Shown: positions 31,820 to 41,813 of the stretch, in pieces
Numbering within the stretch: the first letter of the stretch is position 1
How the letters are laid out: each line of letters starts with the position of its first letter
DNA from: Gammaproteobacteria bacterium
Lineage (GTDB): Bacteria; Pseudomonadota; Gammaproteobacteria; UBA4575
Direction: 5' to 3'
NCBI GenBank assembly: GCA_965243395.1
Contig: CBDEUS010000001.1
Coordinates: forward strand, 480,001 to 544,000
DNA: 64,000 nucleotides
Made by a program: the position numbers and the translations under genes
Notes under the pieces: generated by a model
What the model saw: the letters and a program-made list of their open reading frames with translations, nothing else
The model's database searches: none
Told to the model about the DNA's origin: nothing

Positions 31820-32749
31820 CTAATTGTTATTATTATTGGGAGGGGTGCTCCAGCGTAACTTTTCACGTAATACATCAAAGTAGTCATAATCTTTAGGTTG
31901 AATTAATCGTAAGGCGCTTTTTCCTTTTTCAATTACAATTTTGTCCCCCGGTATGAAATCCATATTGATTTGACCGTCCACAGAAGCTAGAGCGGTATGA
32001 CGGTTTTCTTCTGGTAATAATATTTCTACTTGGCTATCTGCATCAACAACAATAGGACGATTACTTAATGTATGTGGACAAATTGGAACCAATACAATCG
32101 CACCTAAATTCGGATGCAAAATAGGGCCACCACCTGACAGTGCATAAGCTGTAGAGCCTGTCGGAGTGGCAACTATGTATCCATCAGCACGCAAGGTATT
32201 TACATGCTTTTGATTCACGCTAGTTTCTAGCTCTATCATACGAACCATCTGCATGGCGTGCACGACAACATCGTTGATAGCATTACAAGATTTAATTATT
32301 TTGTTATCACGAATTAAACTAGCTTGTAAGACAAAACGACTTTCTTCGTAATAATTGCCTAACAAAATTTCATCAAGCTGTTCGGCCATATCCTTTGGAC
32401 TAATTTCAGCTAGGAAACCTAAATGTCCAAGATTAATTCCTAGCAAGGGTATGTCCTGCTGAATTAGTTTATGTCCGGCGTGTAAAATTGTGCCGTCTCC
32501 GCCTACGACAATTGCTAAGTCACTATTACTTGCAATTTCTTCAGTACTGCTCGAGCTTTGTGAGCTGGATGTTAAAAATGATGTAGATACGGCATCCGTA
32601 TAGATTTCTAACTTTCGATCTTGCAGATATTGGAACAGGGCACAAATTGTGCCCGCAATATTGGGATCGTCAGGTTTAGAAATAATACCGATTTTGGAAA
32701 ACTGGCTCACGAGTGGTTCTATGTCTTTGATTTTTTTTAAAGCTATCAT
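31820..32749 (-). CDS. nadK: NAD kinase
   Basis: GGDGT, GINLGHLGFL, ATPTGSTAYALSGGGP, PICPH. Confidence 0.96.
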   Translation of the reverse strand: MIALKKIKDIEPLVSQFSKIGIISKPDDPNIAGTICALFQYLQDRKLEIYTDAVSTSFLTSSSQSSSSTEEIASNSDLAIVVGGDGTILHAGHKLIQQDIPLLGINLGHLGFLAEISPKDMAEQLDEILLGNYYEESRFVLQASLIRDNKIIKSCNAINDVVVHAMQMVRMIELETSVNQKHVNTLRADGYIVATPTGSTAYALSGGGPILHPNLGAIVLVPICPHTLSNRPIVVDADSQVEILLPEENRHTALASVDGQINMDFIPGDKIVIEKGKSALRLIQPKDYDYFDVLREKLRWSTPPNNNNN

Positions 32750-32836
32750 GGATTTTCTGGTGACACCATGGGGGATCTAAGCGTTAAGCGGATATGAGCC
32801 TTCTTGACATGATGAAGTGAGACTGCAATCATTCTT

Positions 32837-32863
32837 TTAGCACTCTCATGCATGGAGTGCTAA
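32837..32863. promoter_or_regulatory. CIRCE element (HrcA operator)
   Basis: Perfect TTAGCACTC-N9-GAGTGCTAA directly upstream of hrcA. Confidence 0.93.
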
Positions 32864-32902
32864 ATTTTGACCAAACGACAACATGCTGTTGCCATCAAAA
32901 GA

Positions 32903-33961
32903 ATGAGCCCAAACCGAGAACTTAACAATTCGTTAAATGATCGTGCACAACACTTATTAAAGGTGTTGGTGCAAAGTTATATTTCTGATGGCCAACCGAT
33001 GGGTTCACGCAACCTGGCTAAAATGTCTGACCTGGAAATAAGTCCAGCAACAATACGAAATGTTATGGCGGACTTGGAAGAGTTGGGACTTGTTGAATCA
33101 CCCCATACCTCAGCTGGGCGCGTACCAACCACTAAAGGATACCGTTTGTTTGTTGATACCATGTTGACAGTGCAACCCCTCACAACTGATCTCGTCAAGC
33201 GTGTGTCCAAAGATCTTCAATCAGATCTAGGTACTAATAGTTTGGTAGAAAGCGCATCAATGTTACTTTCTGGTTTAACCAGCATGGCGGGTGTAGTCAC
33301 ACTTCCAAAACATGACCGAGTTGAATTAAGGCAAATAGAATTTTTACCTTTATCGGATCGACGTGTATTGGCAATTTTAATTGTTAATCAAAAAGAAGTG
33401 CAAAACCGCATTATTCATACCGATCGTGAATATACTCCTTCAGAGTTACAACAAGCGGCAAATTATTTAAATGAATTATGTGCGGGCCAAGACTTAGTCG
33501 TGGCACGCCAGAAAATTTTACAGGAACTCGATCATGTACGTGAAAACATGAATGAGCTTATGCGTTCTGCTGTTGAAATGGGCGAGAAGATATTTTCAGG
33601 TTCAGATATGGATAAACCTGATTACGTTGTAGTTGGCCAAACGAATTTAATGGAGTATGAAGAGCTTTCCGATATATATAAGTTACGTAGTTTATTCGAT
33701 GCGTTTAATCAGAAACGTGAGTTTTTAAACCTTTTAGATCGATGTATCTGTGCGGAAGGCATACAAATTTTTATTGGCCAAGAATCAGGACACAAAGCAC
33801 TAGACGATTGCAGTGTTGTGACATCCCCTTATACTGTTGATGATGAAATCATGGGCGTGCTCGCAGTGGTGGGACCCACGCGAATGTCTTACGAAAGAGT
33901 AATACCAATTGTTGATCTAACCGCTAAGCTCTTAGGAGAAGCACTAAATAATCATAGCTGA
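32903..33961 (+). CDS. hrcA: Heat-inducible transcription repressor HrcA
   Basis: SPATIRNVMADLE, PHTSAGRVPT..GYR, GPTRM.Y; ATG 32903 preferred over TTG 32867. Confidence 0.96.
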   Translation: MSPNRELNNSLNDRAQHLLKVLVQSYISDGQPMGSRNLAKMSDLEISPATIRNVMADLEELGLVESPHTSAGRVPTTKGYRLFVDTMLTVQPLTTDLVKRVSKDLQSDLGTNSLVESASMLLSGLTSMAGVVTLPKHDRVELRQIEFLPLSDRRVLAILIVNQKEVQNRIIHTDREYTPSELQQAANYLNELCAGQDLVVARQKILQELDHVRENMNELMRSAVEMGEKIFSGSDMDKPDYVVVGQTNLMEYEELSDIYKLRSLFDAFNQKREFLNLLDRCICAEGIQIFIGQESGHKALDDCSVVTSPYTVDDEIMGVLAVVGPTRMSYERVIPIVDLTAKLLGEALNNHS

Positions 33962-33994
33962 TGCATCCGTTTTCTCGGATTGCTAGTGCATTTA

Positions 33995-34022
33995 CTTGAA
34001 TTTTGAAAATTAGTCTACATAT
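33995..34022 (+). promoter_or_regulatory. Putative sigma32 promoter of grpE
   Basis: CTTGAA-N14-CTACATAT. Confidence 0.6.
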
Positions 34023-34060
34023 AGCCATATGTATTACTCAATATTATTGAATAAAAGATT

Positions 34061-34600
34061 ATGACCGATATTGAACAAAATGTTGACACAGAAGACTCGA
34101 ATCAAGATGAGTCTTCTTCTGAGCCTGCTAATAACGACCTTGCTAAACAATTGGAAGACGCGCAACAACTTGCGGCAGACAGTCAAGACAAAATGATACG
34201 TATCCAGGCGGAAATGGAAAATTTACGAAAACGAACAGAACGTGATGTAACTAATGCCCATAAATATGCAAATGAAAAATTTGCTAATGAATTGTTACAA
34301 GTAAAAGATAGTTTAGAGATGGGTCTTAATATGAGTGAAGAAGAAATCAATCTCGAAAAACTGAAAGAAGGTACTGAACTTACATTAAAAATGTTAAGCA
34401 GCGCATTTGAAAAATTTTCAATTGAAGAAATCAATCCAATAGGCGAGGCTTTTGATCCCAATCTTCATGAAGCCATGACCATGCAGGAAAGCACTGAACA
34501 TGAACCGAATACCGTGCTAACTGTTATGCAGAAAGGCTATACCTTACACGGCCGTCTAATTCGACCTGCGATGGTTATCGTCTCTAAAGCAGCTAAATAA
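34061..34600 (+). CDS. grpE: Nucleotide exchange factor GrpE
   Basis: AEMENLRKR, FDPNLHEA, QKGY.LHGRLIRPAMV. Confidence 0.97.
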   Translation: MTDIEQNVDTEDSNQDESSSEPANNDLAKQLEDAQQLAADSQDKMIRIQAEMENLRKRTERDVTNAHKYANEKFANELLQVKDSLEMGLNMSEEEINLEKLKEGTELTLKMLSSAFEKFSIEEINPIGEAFDPNLHEAMTMQESTEHEPNTVLTVMQKGYTLHGRLIRPAMVIVSKAAK

Positions 34601-34652
34601 CAGTTTCGAGAATAAAATGGGGCAAAAAAGGCGATATTTTTATTAATTTATG

Positions 34653-34680
34653 CTTGAAAAAGGCTATTTCGGCCCAATTT
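34653..34680 (+). promoter_or_regulatory. Putative sigma32 promoter of dnaK
   Basis: CTTGAA-N14-CCCAATTT. Confidence 0.6.
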
Positions 34681-34746
34681 TAAAGAATAAATAAGTATTT
34701 GATTAAAATTTAACCAACCATATTTTGAGATTTTTGGAGAACAGCG

Positions 34747-36660
34747 ATGGGTAAGATCATTGGGATAGATTTAGGTACCACCAACTCATGCGTGGCCGTC
34801 ATGGAAGGTACTTCACCTAAAGTCATTGAGAATAGTGAAGGTGATAGAACCACACCTTCTATTGTGGCATTCACTGAAGATGATGAGGTGCTTGTTGGTC
34901 AAGCGGCAAAACGTCAATCGGTTACTAATCCTCAAAATACTTTATACGCTATAAAACGCTTAGTAGGCCGTCGTTATGAAGAGGACGCGGTGCAAAAAGA
35001 TATCAAGCTTGTTCCTTATAAAATTATCAAAGCAGATAACGGTGATGCATGGGTAGAAGTGGGTGGTAAAAAAATGGCTCCACCTGAAGTTTCTGCACGT
35101 GTATTAATGAAAATGAAAAAAACAGCTGAAGATTATCTCGGTGAAGAGGTAACAGAAGCCGTTATTACTGTACCGGCATATTTTAATGACTCGCAACGTC
35201 AAGCGACTAAAGACGCAGGTAAAATTGCCGGACTTGAAGTAAAAAGAATTATCAATGAGCCAACAGCCGCCGCATTGGCTTATGGCATGGACAAAAAACG
35301 CGGTGATAGCAAAATTGCTGTCTACGATTTAGGTGGTGGTACTTTTGATATTTCGATAATCGAAATTGCTGAAGTTGATGGCGAACACCAATTCGAAGTG
35401 TTATCTACAAATGGTGATACTTTCTTAGGTGGTGAAGATTTTGATATGCGTTTAATTGACTACCTTGCAGACGAGTTTAAAAAAGATCAAGGCTTTGATC
35501 TACACAATGACCCGCTTGCATTGCAAAGACTTAAAGAAGCGGCTGAAAAAGCTAAAATCGAATTATCTTCTGGTCAGCAAACAGAAGTTAATCTACCTTA
35601 TATCACTGCGGATGCTTCAGGCCCTAAACATTTAAATATTAAATTAACGCGTGCCAAGCTTGAGTCACTTGTTGACGAATTAGTGCAACGTACGATTCCA
35701 CCCTGTAAGCAAGCACTTGAGGATGCCGGTTTGTCGGCATCTGATATCGATGATGTCATTTTAGTTGGTGGTCAAACACGTATGCCAAAAGTGCAGGAAA
35801 CTGTACAAGACTTTTTTGGTAAAGAGCCACGTAAAGATGTAAATCCTGATGAAGCTGTGGCTGTAGGTGCTGCTATCCAAGCTGGTGTACTGGGTGGTGA
35901 TGTTAAAGACGTATTGTTGTTAGATGTCACTCCACTTTCATTGGGTATTGAAACCTTAGGTGGAGTTATGACGAAATTAATTGAAAAGAACACAACGATA
36001 CCTACCAATGCTCAACAAGTGTTTTCTACAGCAGAAAATAATCAAACGGCTGTAACCGTGCATGTTCTGCAAGGTGAACGTGAGCAAGCTACTGCGAATA
36101 AATCTTTAGGTCGTTTTGACTTAACAGATATTCCTCCTGCACAACGTGGTGTGCCGCAAATTGAAGTGACTTTTGATATTGATGCGAATGGTATTTTAAA
36201 TGTTTCAGCAAAAGACAAAGCAACGGGTAAAGAGCAATCGATAGTGATCAAAGCTTCCAGTGGCTTATCTGATGATGAAATTGAAAATATGGTCAAAGAT
36301 GCTGAAGCGCATGCTGAAGAAGACAAGAAATTTAGTGAGCTGGTTGCAGCCCGTAATACTGCAGACCAAATGATTCATGCAACGGAAAAATCTCTTGAAG
36401 AAATGGGAGATAAAGTTGAGCAAGAAGAACGCATGCAAATAGAAAATGCAGTTAAAGATCTTAAAGAAGTTTTAGATAAAGATGATAAAGATGTTATTGA
36501 AACAAAAACTCAAGCATTGGCAGAAGCGTCAAGTAAGTTAGCAGAGCGCATGTATGCGCAAGATGCTGCGAGTGGAGAAGCAGGCTCACAAGATGCCAAT
36601 GCCGCCGCAGATGACGATGTGGTAGATGCAGAGTTTGAAGAAGTTGATGACAACAAATAG
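34747..36660 (+). CDS. dnaK: Chaperone DnaK
   Basis: [34 protein letters not shown]. Confidence 0.99.
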   Translation: MGKIIGIDLGTTNSCVAVMEGTSPKVIENSEGDRTTPSIVAFTEDDEVLVGQAAKRQSVTNPQNTLYAIKRLVGRRYEEDAVQKDIKLVPYKIIKADNGDAWVEVGGKKMAPPEVSARVLMKMKKTAEDYLGEEVTEAVITVPAYFNDSQRQATKDAGKIAGLEVKRIINEPTAAALAYGMDKKRGDSKIAVYDLGGGTFDISIIEIAEVDGEHQFEVLSTNGDTFLGGEDFDMRLIDYLADEFKKDQGFDLHNDPLALQRLKEAAEKAKIELSSGQQTEVNLPYITADASGPKHLNIKLTRAKLESLVDELVQRTIPPCKQALEDAGLSASDIDDVILVGGQTRMPKVQETVQDFFGKEPRKDVNPDEAVAVGAAIQAGVLGGDVKDVLLLDVTPLSLGIETLGGVMTKLIEKNTTIPTNAQQVFSTAENNQTAVTVHVLQGEREQATANKSLGRFDLTDIPPAQRGVPQIEVTFDIDANGILNVSAKDKATGKEQSIVIKASSGLSDDEIENMVKDAEAHAEEDKKFSELVAARNTADQMIHATEKSLEEMGDKVEQEERMQIENAVKDLKEVLDKDDKDVIETKTQALAEASSKLAERMYAQDAASGEAGSQDANAAADDDVVDAEFEEVDDNK

Positions 36661-36688
36661 CATTTAAGTTGCTATAAAACTTAATTAG

Positions 36689-36723
36689 AAAATCCGAGTA
36701 CGTGAAGACGTCCTCGGATTTTT
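36689..36723 (+). terminator. Hairpin/intrinsic terminator between dnaK and dnaJ
   Basis: AAAATCCGAG..ACGT-GAAG-ACGT..CTCGGATTTTT. Confidence 0.65.
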
Positions 36724-36750
36724 CATATTTAGCTAAATAAATTTAAAAGC

Positions 36751-37875
36751 ATGGATAAAAAAGATTATTACGATGTTCTTGGGGTAGAACGAAACGCAAG
36801 TGAAGGAGAATTGAAAAAAACCTTCCGACGTCTTGCAATGAAATATCACCCTGATCGTAATCCAGGTGATAAAGAAGCCGAAGAAAAATTTAAAGAAGCT
36901 AAAGAAGCCTATGAAGTGTTAGGGGATCCTAGTAAACGCCAAGCTTATGATCAATTTGGTCACGCGGGTGTGCAAGGAGGTGTTGGAGGCGGCGCAGCAG
37001 ATTTTGGCGATATATTTGGCGATATCTTCGGTGACATATTTGGGGGTGGTCGCGGGGGAGGACAGCGTGTCTATCGTGGTGCAGACCTTCAATACAGTTT
37101 GCAAGTAAGTCTCGAAGAAGCCGTATTTGGCGCTGAGTCAACAATCGAGATTCCAAAGCAAACTACTTGTGAAAAATGTGATGGTTCAGGCGCTGCACCA
37201 AACTCAACAATCGAAACCTGTGAAACTTGCGGTGGTGTTGGACAAGTTCGCATGCAGCAAGGTTTCTTTTCAATTCAACAGACATGTCCTACATGCAGAG
37301 GCAAAGGTAAGATCATTAAAGTACCTTGTGATTATTGTAATGGCACCGGTCGCACCAAACAAAATAAAAAATTATCCATTAAAGTCCCAGCTGGTGTAGA
37401 TACAGGAGATCGAATTCGTTTATCGGGTGAAGGTGAAGCGGGACCTAATAACGGTCCACCAGGCGACCTTTATGTGGAAATTAATGTGCGCTCACATGAA
37501 TTATTTACCCGTGATGATAATGATCTGTTGTGCCAAGTCCCCATTAGTTTCAGTCTAGCTGCATTGGGTGGTGAAATTGAGGTACCGACACTTAATGGGA
37601 AAGTTAAGTTGAAAATACCCAGCGAAACGCAATCAGGGCGACTATTTAGATTACGTGGTAAAGGCGTAAAACCGGTAAGGGGTGGTATTACAGGTGATAT
37701 GTTATGCACCACCATCGTTGAAACACCAATTAACTTAACTAAAAAGCAAAAAGATCTCATCCAGGAATTTTCTACAGAATTAGAAAAAGGTGGAAATCGT
37801 CATAGCCCTAAATCTCATTCATGGACGGATAATGTAAGGGGCTTCTTTGATAACTTAAAATTCTGGGACGAATGA
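36751..37875 (+). CDS. dnaJ: Chaperone DnaJ
   Basis: HPD J-domain, G/F region with DIF repeats, four CxxCxGxG repeats. Confidence 0.99.
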   Translation: MDKKDYYDVLGVERNASEGELKKTFRRLAMKYHPDRNPGDKEAEEKFKEAKEAYEVLGDPSKRQAYDQFGHAGVQGGVGGGAADFGDIFGDIFGDIFGGGRGGGQRVYRGADLQYSLQVSLEEAVFGAESTIEIPKQTTCEKCDGSGAAPNSTIETCETCGGVGQVRMQQGFFSIQQTCPTCRGKGKIIKVPCDYCNGTGRTKQNKKLSIKVPAGVDTGDRIRLSGEGEAGPNNGPPGDLYVEINVRSHELFTRDDNDLLCQVPISFSLAALGGEIEVPTLNGKVKLKIPSETQSGRLFRLRGKGVKPVRGGITGDMLCTTIVETPINLTKKQKDLIQEFSTELEKGGNRHSPKSHSWTDNVRGFFDNLKFWDE

Positions 37876-38002
37876 AATACGCCTTTTAACTCAATACTTT
37901 GTTGCAATGTTTTTTCCGTTACTCATTTACTTCGTGTAAACTCCGTTACTCAAAAACATTGCGCCTCGTCTTGAGTTAAAATTCGTTATTTCATTTATCA
38001 GA
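37862..38002. repeat. ~140-bp nested palindromic (MITE-like) intergenic element
   Basis: Arms AATGAAATA/TATTTCATT, TTTTAACTCAA/TTGAGTTAAAA, GCAATGTTTTT/AAAAACATTGC, TTTAC/GTAAA; internal direct repeat TCCGTTACTCA x2. Confidence 0.75.
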
Positions 38003-38008
38003 ATATAA

Positions 38009-39395
<1,387 letters not shown>

Positions 39396-39419
39396 CCAAA
39401 CGCTACATTGGAGTACATC

Positions 39420-39782
39420 ATGGCATTAACTTATGTTTTGCTTTTATTTTCTGGCTTGTTTATTGGTATAGCGGCATCATTTACTGGTCTGGGGGGCGGA
39501 TTTTTAATGGTGCCTTTATTAATTGCACTTGGCTATACCGCGCAAAAAGCGGTAGGCACCTCTTTTCTAGCTATTTTGATCATTGCAGTTTCTGCTGTAT
39601 TCGCACATTCAAAATTTGCCAATGTAGATTTTAAAATTGCCATAGCTTTAGGTTTAGGAGGAATTATTGGTGCACAAATAGGCCCTTATTTATTAGAGCA
39701 TGTATCTACCGCAAATTTTAAAAAGATATTTTCATTTATATTGATCGCATTCGCAGGCTATCTATTTTTCAGCAAAACATAA
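39420..39782 (+). CDS. Half-size TauE/SafE (TSUP) family membrane protein
   Basis: GLGGGFLMVP, AVGTS, GGIIGAQIG; only ~120 aa; GGAG RBS. Confidence 0.82.
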   Translation: MALTYVLLLFSGLFIGIAASFTGLGGGFLMVPLLIALGYTAQKAVGTSFLAILIIAVSAVFAHSKFANVDFKIAIALGLGGIIGAQIGPYLLEHVSTANFKKIFSFILIAFAGYLFFSKT

Positions 39783-40102
39783 TGGACATTGAAACAGACG
39801 AAGATGGGTTTTTATTAGATCCCGGAGATTGGACAGAAGAAATTGCTGAATATATAGCGGAAAAAGAAAATGTAGAATTAACTGATGAGCGTTGGTATTT
39901 AATACACCTCATTCGCGAGTATTATTCGTATTATGGCGCTGTTCCAGAATTACGTAAAATACTAAAAAAATTAAAAGAAGAATTAGGCCGGGAAAAAGCA
40001 ACTCGCAAATATGTCTATGGCCTTTTCCCTTATGGCTACGGTCAGCAAGGGTGCAAAATAGCCGGTATGCGGCAACCTAAAAAACTCTGGTTGGACTTAT
40101 AA
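39782..40102 (+). CDS. DsrC/TusE-family protein lacking the C-terminal Cys (RspA-type)
   Basis: DEDGFL..DW.EEIA..IA..E.VELTD..W, LFPYG...CKIAGM..P; ends KKLWLDL. Confidence 0.85.
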   Translation: MDIETDEDGFLLDPGDWTEEIAEYIAEKENVELTDERWYLIHLIREYYSYYGAVPELRKILKKLKEELGREKATRKYVYGLFPYGYGQQGCKIAGMRQPKKLWLDL

Positions 40103-40126
40103 TTAATATTTTAGCTTGATAAGAAT

Positions 40127-40345
40127 ATGAAATTTCGGATTTTAATTTTGATATTAAACGCACTGCTCTTTATTGGATGTAGTGATCAATCATATGTTGA
40201 AGAAAAACCTCACTCTTCAAAACTCAGTGATGACAATGTGTTTAAAGGTTATGAATCTGCTTTAGACAAGGCTAAAGGGGTTGAGCAAACGATTATGGAT
40301 GCGGCGGAACAACGAAGAAAAGAATTAGAAGATCGTGGATATTAG
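40127..40345 (+). CDS. Small hypothetical lipoprotein
   Basis: Lipobox FIG-C; ALDKAKGVEQTI helical pattern. Confidence 0.7.
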   Translation: MKFRILILILNALLFIGCSDQSYVEEKPHSSKLSDDNVFKGYESALDKAKGVEQTIMDAAEQRRKELEDRGY

Positions 40346-40443
40346 ACTTATTTCTAATAAGTTTCGAGATGGAAAGAAAAGCGCTATATTTAGAATTGAA
40401 TAAACACAATTGGCTAAAAGTAAACATAAACTTAGATTAAAGC

Positions 40444-40737
40444 ATGCCTAATTGTCCATTTTGTGATTTCATAATTTCAGGCAAGGATGTCAAAAATACT
40501 ATTAGCTTTAAGTCATATAGCAGTTGTCCAAATTGCGACGGTCATTACACAATAGACCGAGCAACTAAACGTAGACAAATAATTGCAATTCTCATAGCAC
40601 TAATTTCTCTAACGTTTACAATTGGATGGTGCTTCTTAAATCAAGAATGGCTGATACCAAGTATTGTAAGTTATATTGTACTTATTGGGTTTATTATATG
40701 GGCCAATCGCAAAGTTCGTTATATTGCGTACAAATGA
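40444..40737 (+). CDS. CxxC-x20-CxxC zinc-ribbon membrane protein
   Basis: CPFC-20 aa-CPNC followed by two TM helices. Confidence 0.65.
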   Translation: MPNCPFCDFIISGKDVKNTISFKSYSSCPNCDGHYTIDRATKRRQIIAILIALISLTFTIGWCFLNQEWLIPSIVSYIVLIGFIIWANRKVRYIAYK

Positions 40738-40921
40738 CTCTTATGACTATAAGGAGACTAGTATTAAATTTGACTGGCTTTCAACGCTACTGGTTACTTT
40801 ACTCATAGCAACACTGTTAGCATTTTTTACTGGAATTTTTCCTTATCCATATGGTTGGATTATTCTTACAATTGTGCTCATCGCTAGGCTAAGAGCTATT
40901 AGTAGAATGAATGACAGTTAA
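40724..40921 (+). CDS. Small 2-TM hypothetical protein (start uncertain; TTG 40724 assumed)
   Basis: Hydrophobic hairpin WLSTLLVTLLIATLLAFFTGIFPYPYGWIILTIVLIARL. Confidence 0.45.
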   Translation: MRTNDSYDYKETSIKFDWLSTLLVTLLIATLLAFFTGIFPYPYGWIILTIVLIARLRAISRMNDS

Positions 40922-41071
40922 AGACTTAAAACAATTATTTTTTTAGTTCTAAGAACTTTGATCTGATGCAACACCCATGTTTCAGCTCATAATCGAACAT
41001 CCATGGACTAATATCTCTTGATTCACGATTAACAATAATTAGAAAATATTCATTTGGGCAACAATAAGGCC

Positions 41072-41185
41072 TTATGCATTAAAACTATTAAATATAGAAA
41101 GAATAAGTCCTGATAGTCCTATTGCGAATAAAATAAAATCTGGATAAAAAACTTTTCTTAAATAATTATTAATTTTTGTTTTCAT
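41072..41185 (-). CDS. Putative 37-aa single-TM small protein
   Basis: Manual translation MKTKINNYLRKVFYPDFILFAIGLSGLILSIFNSFNA; no clear RBS. Confidence 0.35.
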   Translation of the reverse strand: MKTKINNYLRKVFYPDFILFAIGLSGLILSIFNSFNA

Positions 41186-41267
41186 TTTTTATTATTATCT
41201 TTTGCTTTTACAGCTAGTTGTTATTCTGCAATAGCGTTTTAATGTTGGTTTTATCAGTTATAAATTG

Positions 41268-41336
41268 TTATTTAAACTGTTCCCATACAATATACGCTGC
41301 TGCTAAGCCCATAATTAAAAATATAAATTCATACAT
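41268..41336 (-). CDS. Putative 22-aa single-TM small protein
   Basis: Manual translation MYEFIFLIMGLAAAYIVWEQFK; no clear RBS. Confidence 0.35.
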   Translation of the reverse strand: MYEFIFLIMGLAAAYIVWEQFK

Positions 41337-41360
41337 TTTTCTAACGAGTTAAATTGATTT

Positions 41361-41388
41361 AAAAAGCCCCGCGGGGTTTGGGCGGGGC
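41361..41388 (-). terminator. Intrinsic terminator of the candidate sRNA
   Basis: GCCCCGC-CCAAACCCC-GCGGGGC-TTTTT on the minus strand. Confidence 0.75.
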
Positions 41389-41479
41389 GTGATTAATCGT
41401 AAATCCGGCGGAGGAGGTTTACGATTGTTATACGATACGAAAGTATTTAATTTCTAAAATACAGTTCGCAACCGCGTAC
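41361..41479 (-). ncRNA. Candidate sigma54-dependent small RNA with anti-SD loop
   Basis: Lies between a -24/-12 box and an intrinsic terminator; no AUG; three hairpins; middle loop exposes CCUCCUCC. Confidence 0.65.
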
Positions 41480-41489
41480 AAATAGAGTT

Positions 41490-41505
41490 AGCAACAAACG
41501 TACCA
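41490..41505 (-). promoter_or_regulatory. sigma54 (-24/-12) promoter
   Basis: Minus strand TGGTAC-GTTTG-TTGCT (GG-N10-GC; consensus TGGCAC-N5-TTGCW). Confidence 0.72.
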
Positions 41506-41565
41506 AACAAAGCATGTCTGCAAATCAGTCACATACGTTGTTAATTAAGTATATTTTTCCGATAC

Positions 41566-41603
41566 TGAAAACTTTTTGTGCATAGATGCACTAAATATTG
41601 ACA
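41566..41603. promoter_or_regulatory. Putative tandem enhancer (bEBP/NtrC-like) sites
   Basis: TGAAA-N7-GTGCA and TGCAC-N7-TGACA, centres 21 bp apart, ~95-115 bp upstream of the predicted sigma54 start. Confidence 0.4.
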
Positions 41604-41737
41604 TCCATACCGGCTGCAACGAGGAGTGCTAGTTCGCTTAAAATTGGTCAGAATTTGGGCAAAAACAAAATTGTTTGTTTCACTAGGCGTTTGATTTGAG
41701 TACAATTCTCCCGGTCCACACCGACTGCATAAAAATT

Positions 41738-41766
41738 ACGGGATGACCATAGGTCGTCCCGTTTTT
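41738..41766 (+). terminator. Terminator/attenuator hairpin in the carA leader
   Basis: ACGGGATGACC-ATA-GGTCGTCCCGT-TTTT, downstream of TACAAT (41701-41706) and upstream of the carA RBS. Confidence 0.7.
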
Positions 41767-41813
41767 ATATCTGCGCCTGTGGTAATTGGGTGTATAAAGA
41801 GGAGAGCAATTTT

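Noticed and set aside
31796-31850. LexA (SOS) box upstream of recN
   Set aside because: No CTGT-N8-ACAG found; recN appears to be co-transcribed with nadK
37000-37045. Short tandem repeat GGCGATATATTT/GGCGATATCTTC/GGTGACATATTT
   Set aside because: It encodes the normal DIF repeats of the DnaJ G/F region
41624-41632. GAGTGCTAG, a CIRCE-like half site
   Set aside because: No matching left arm 9 bp upstream
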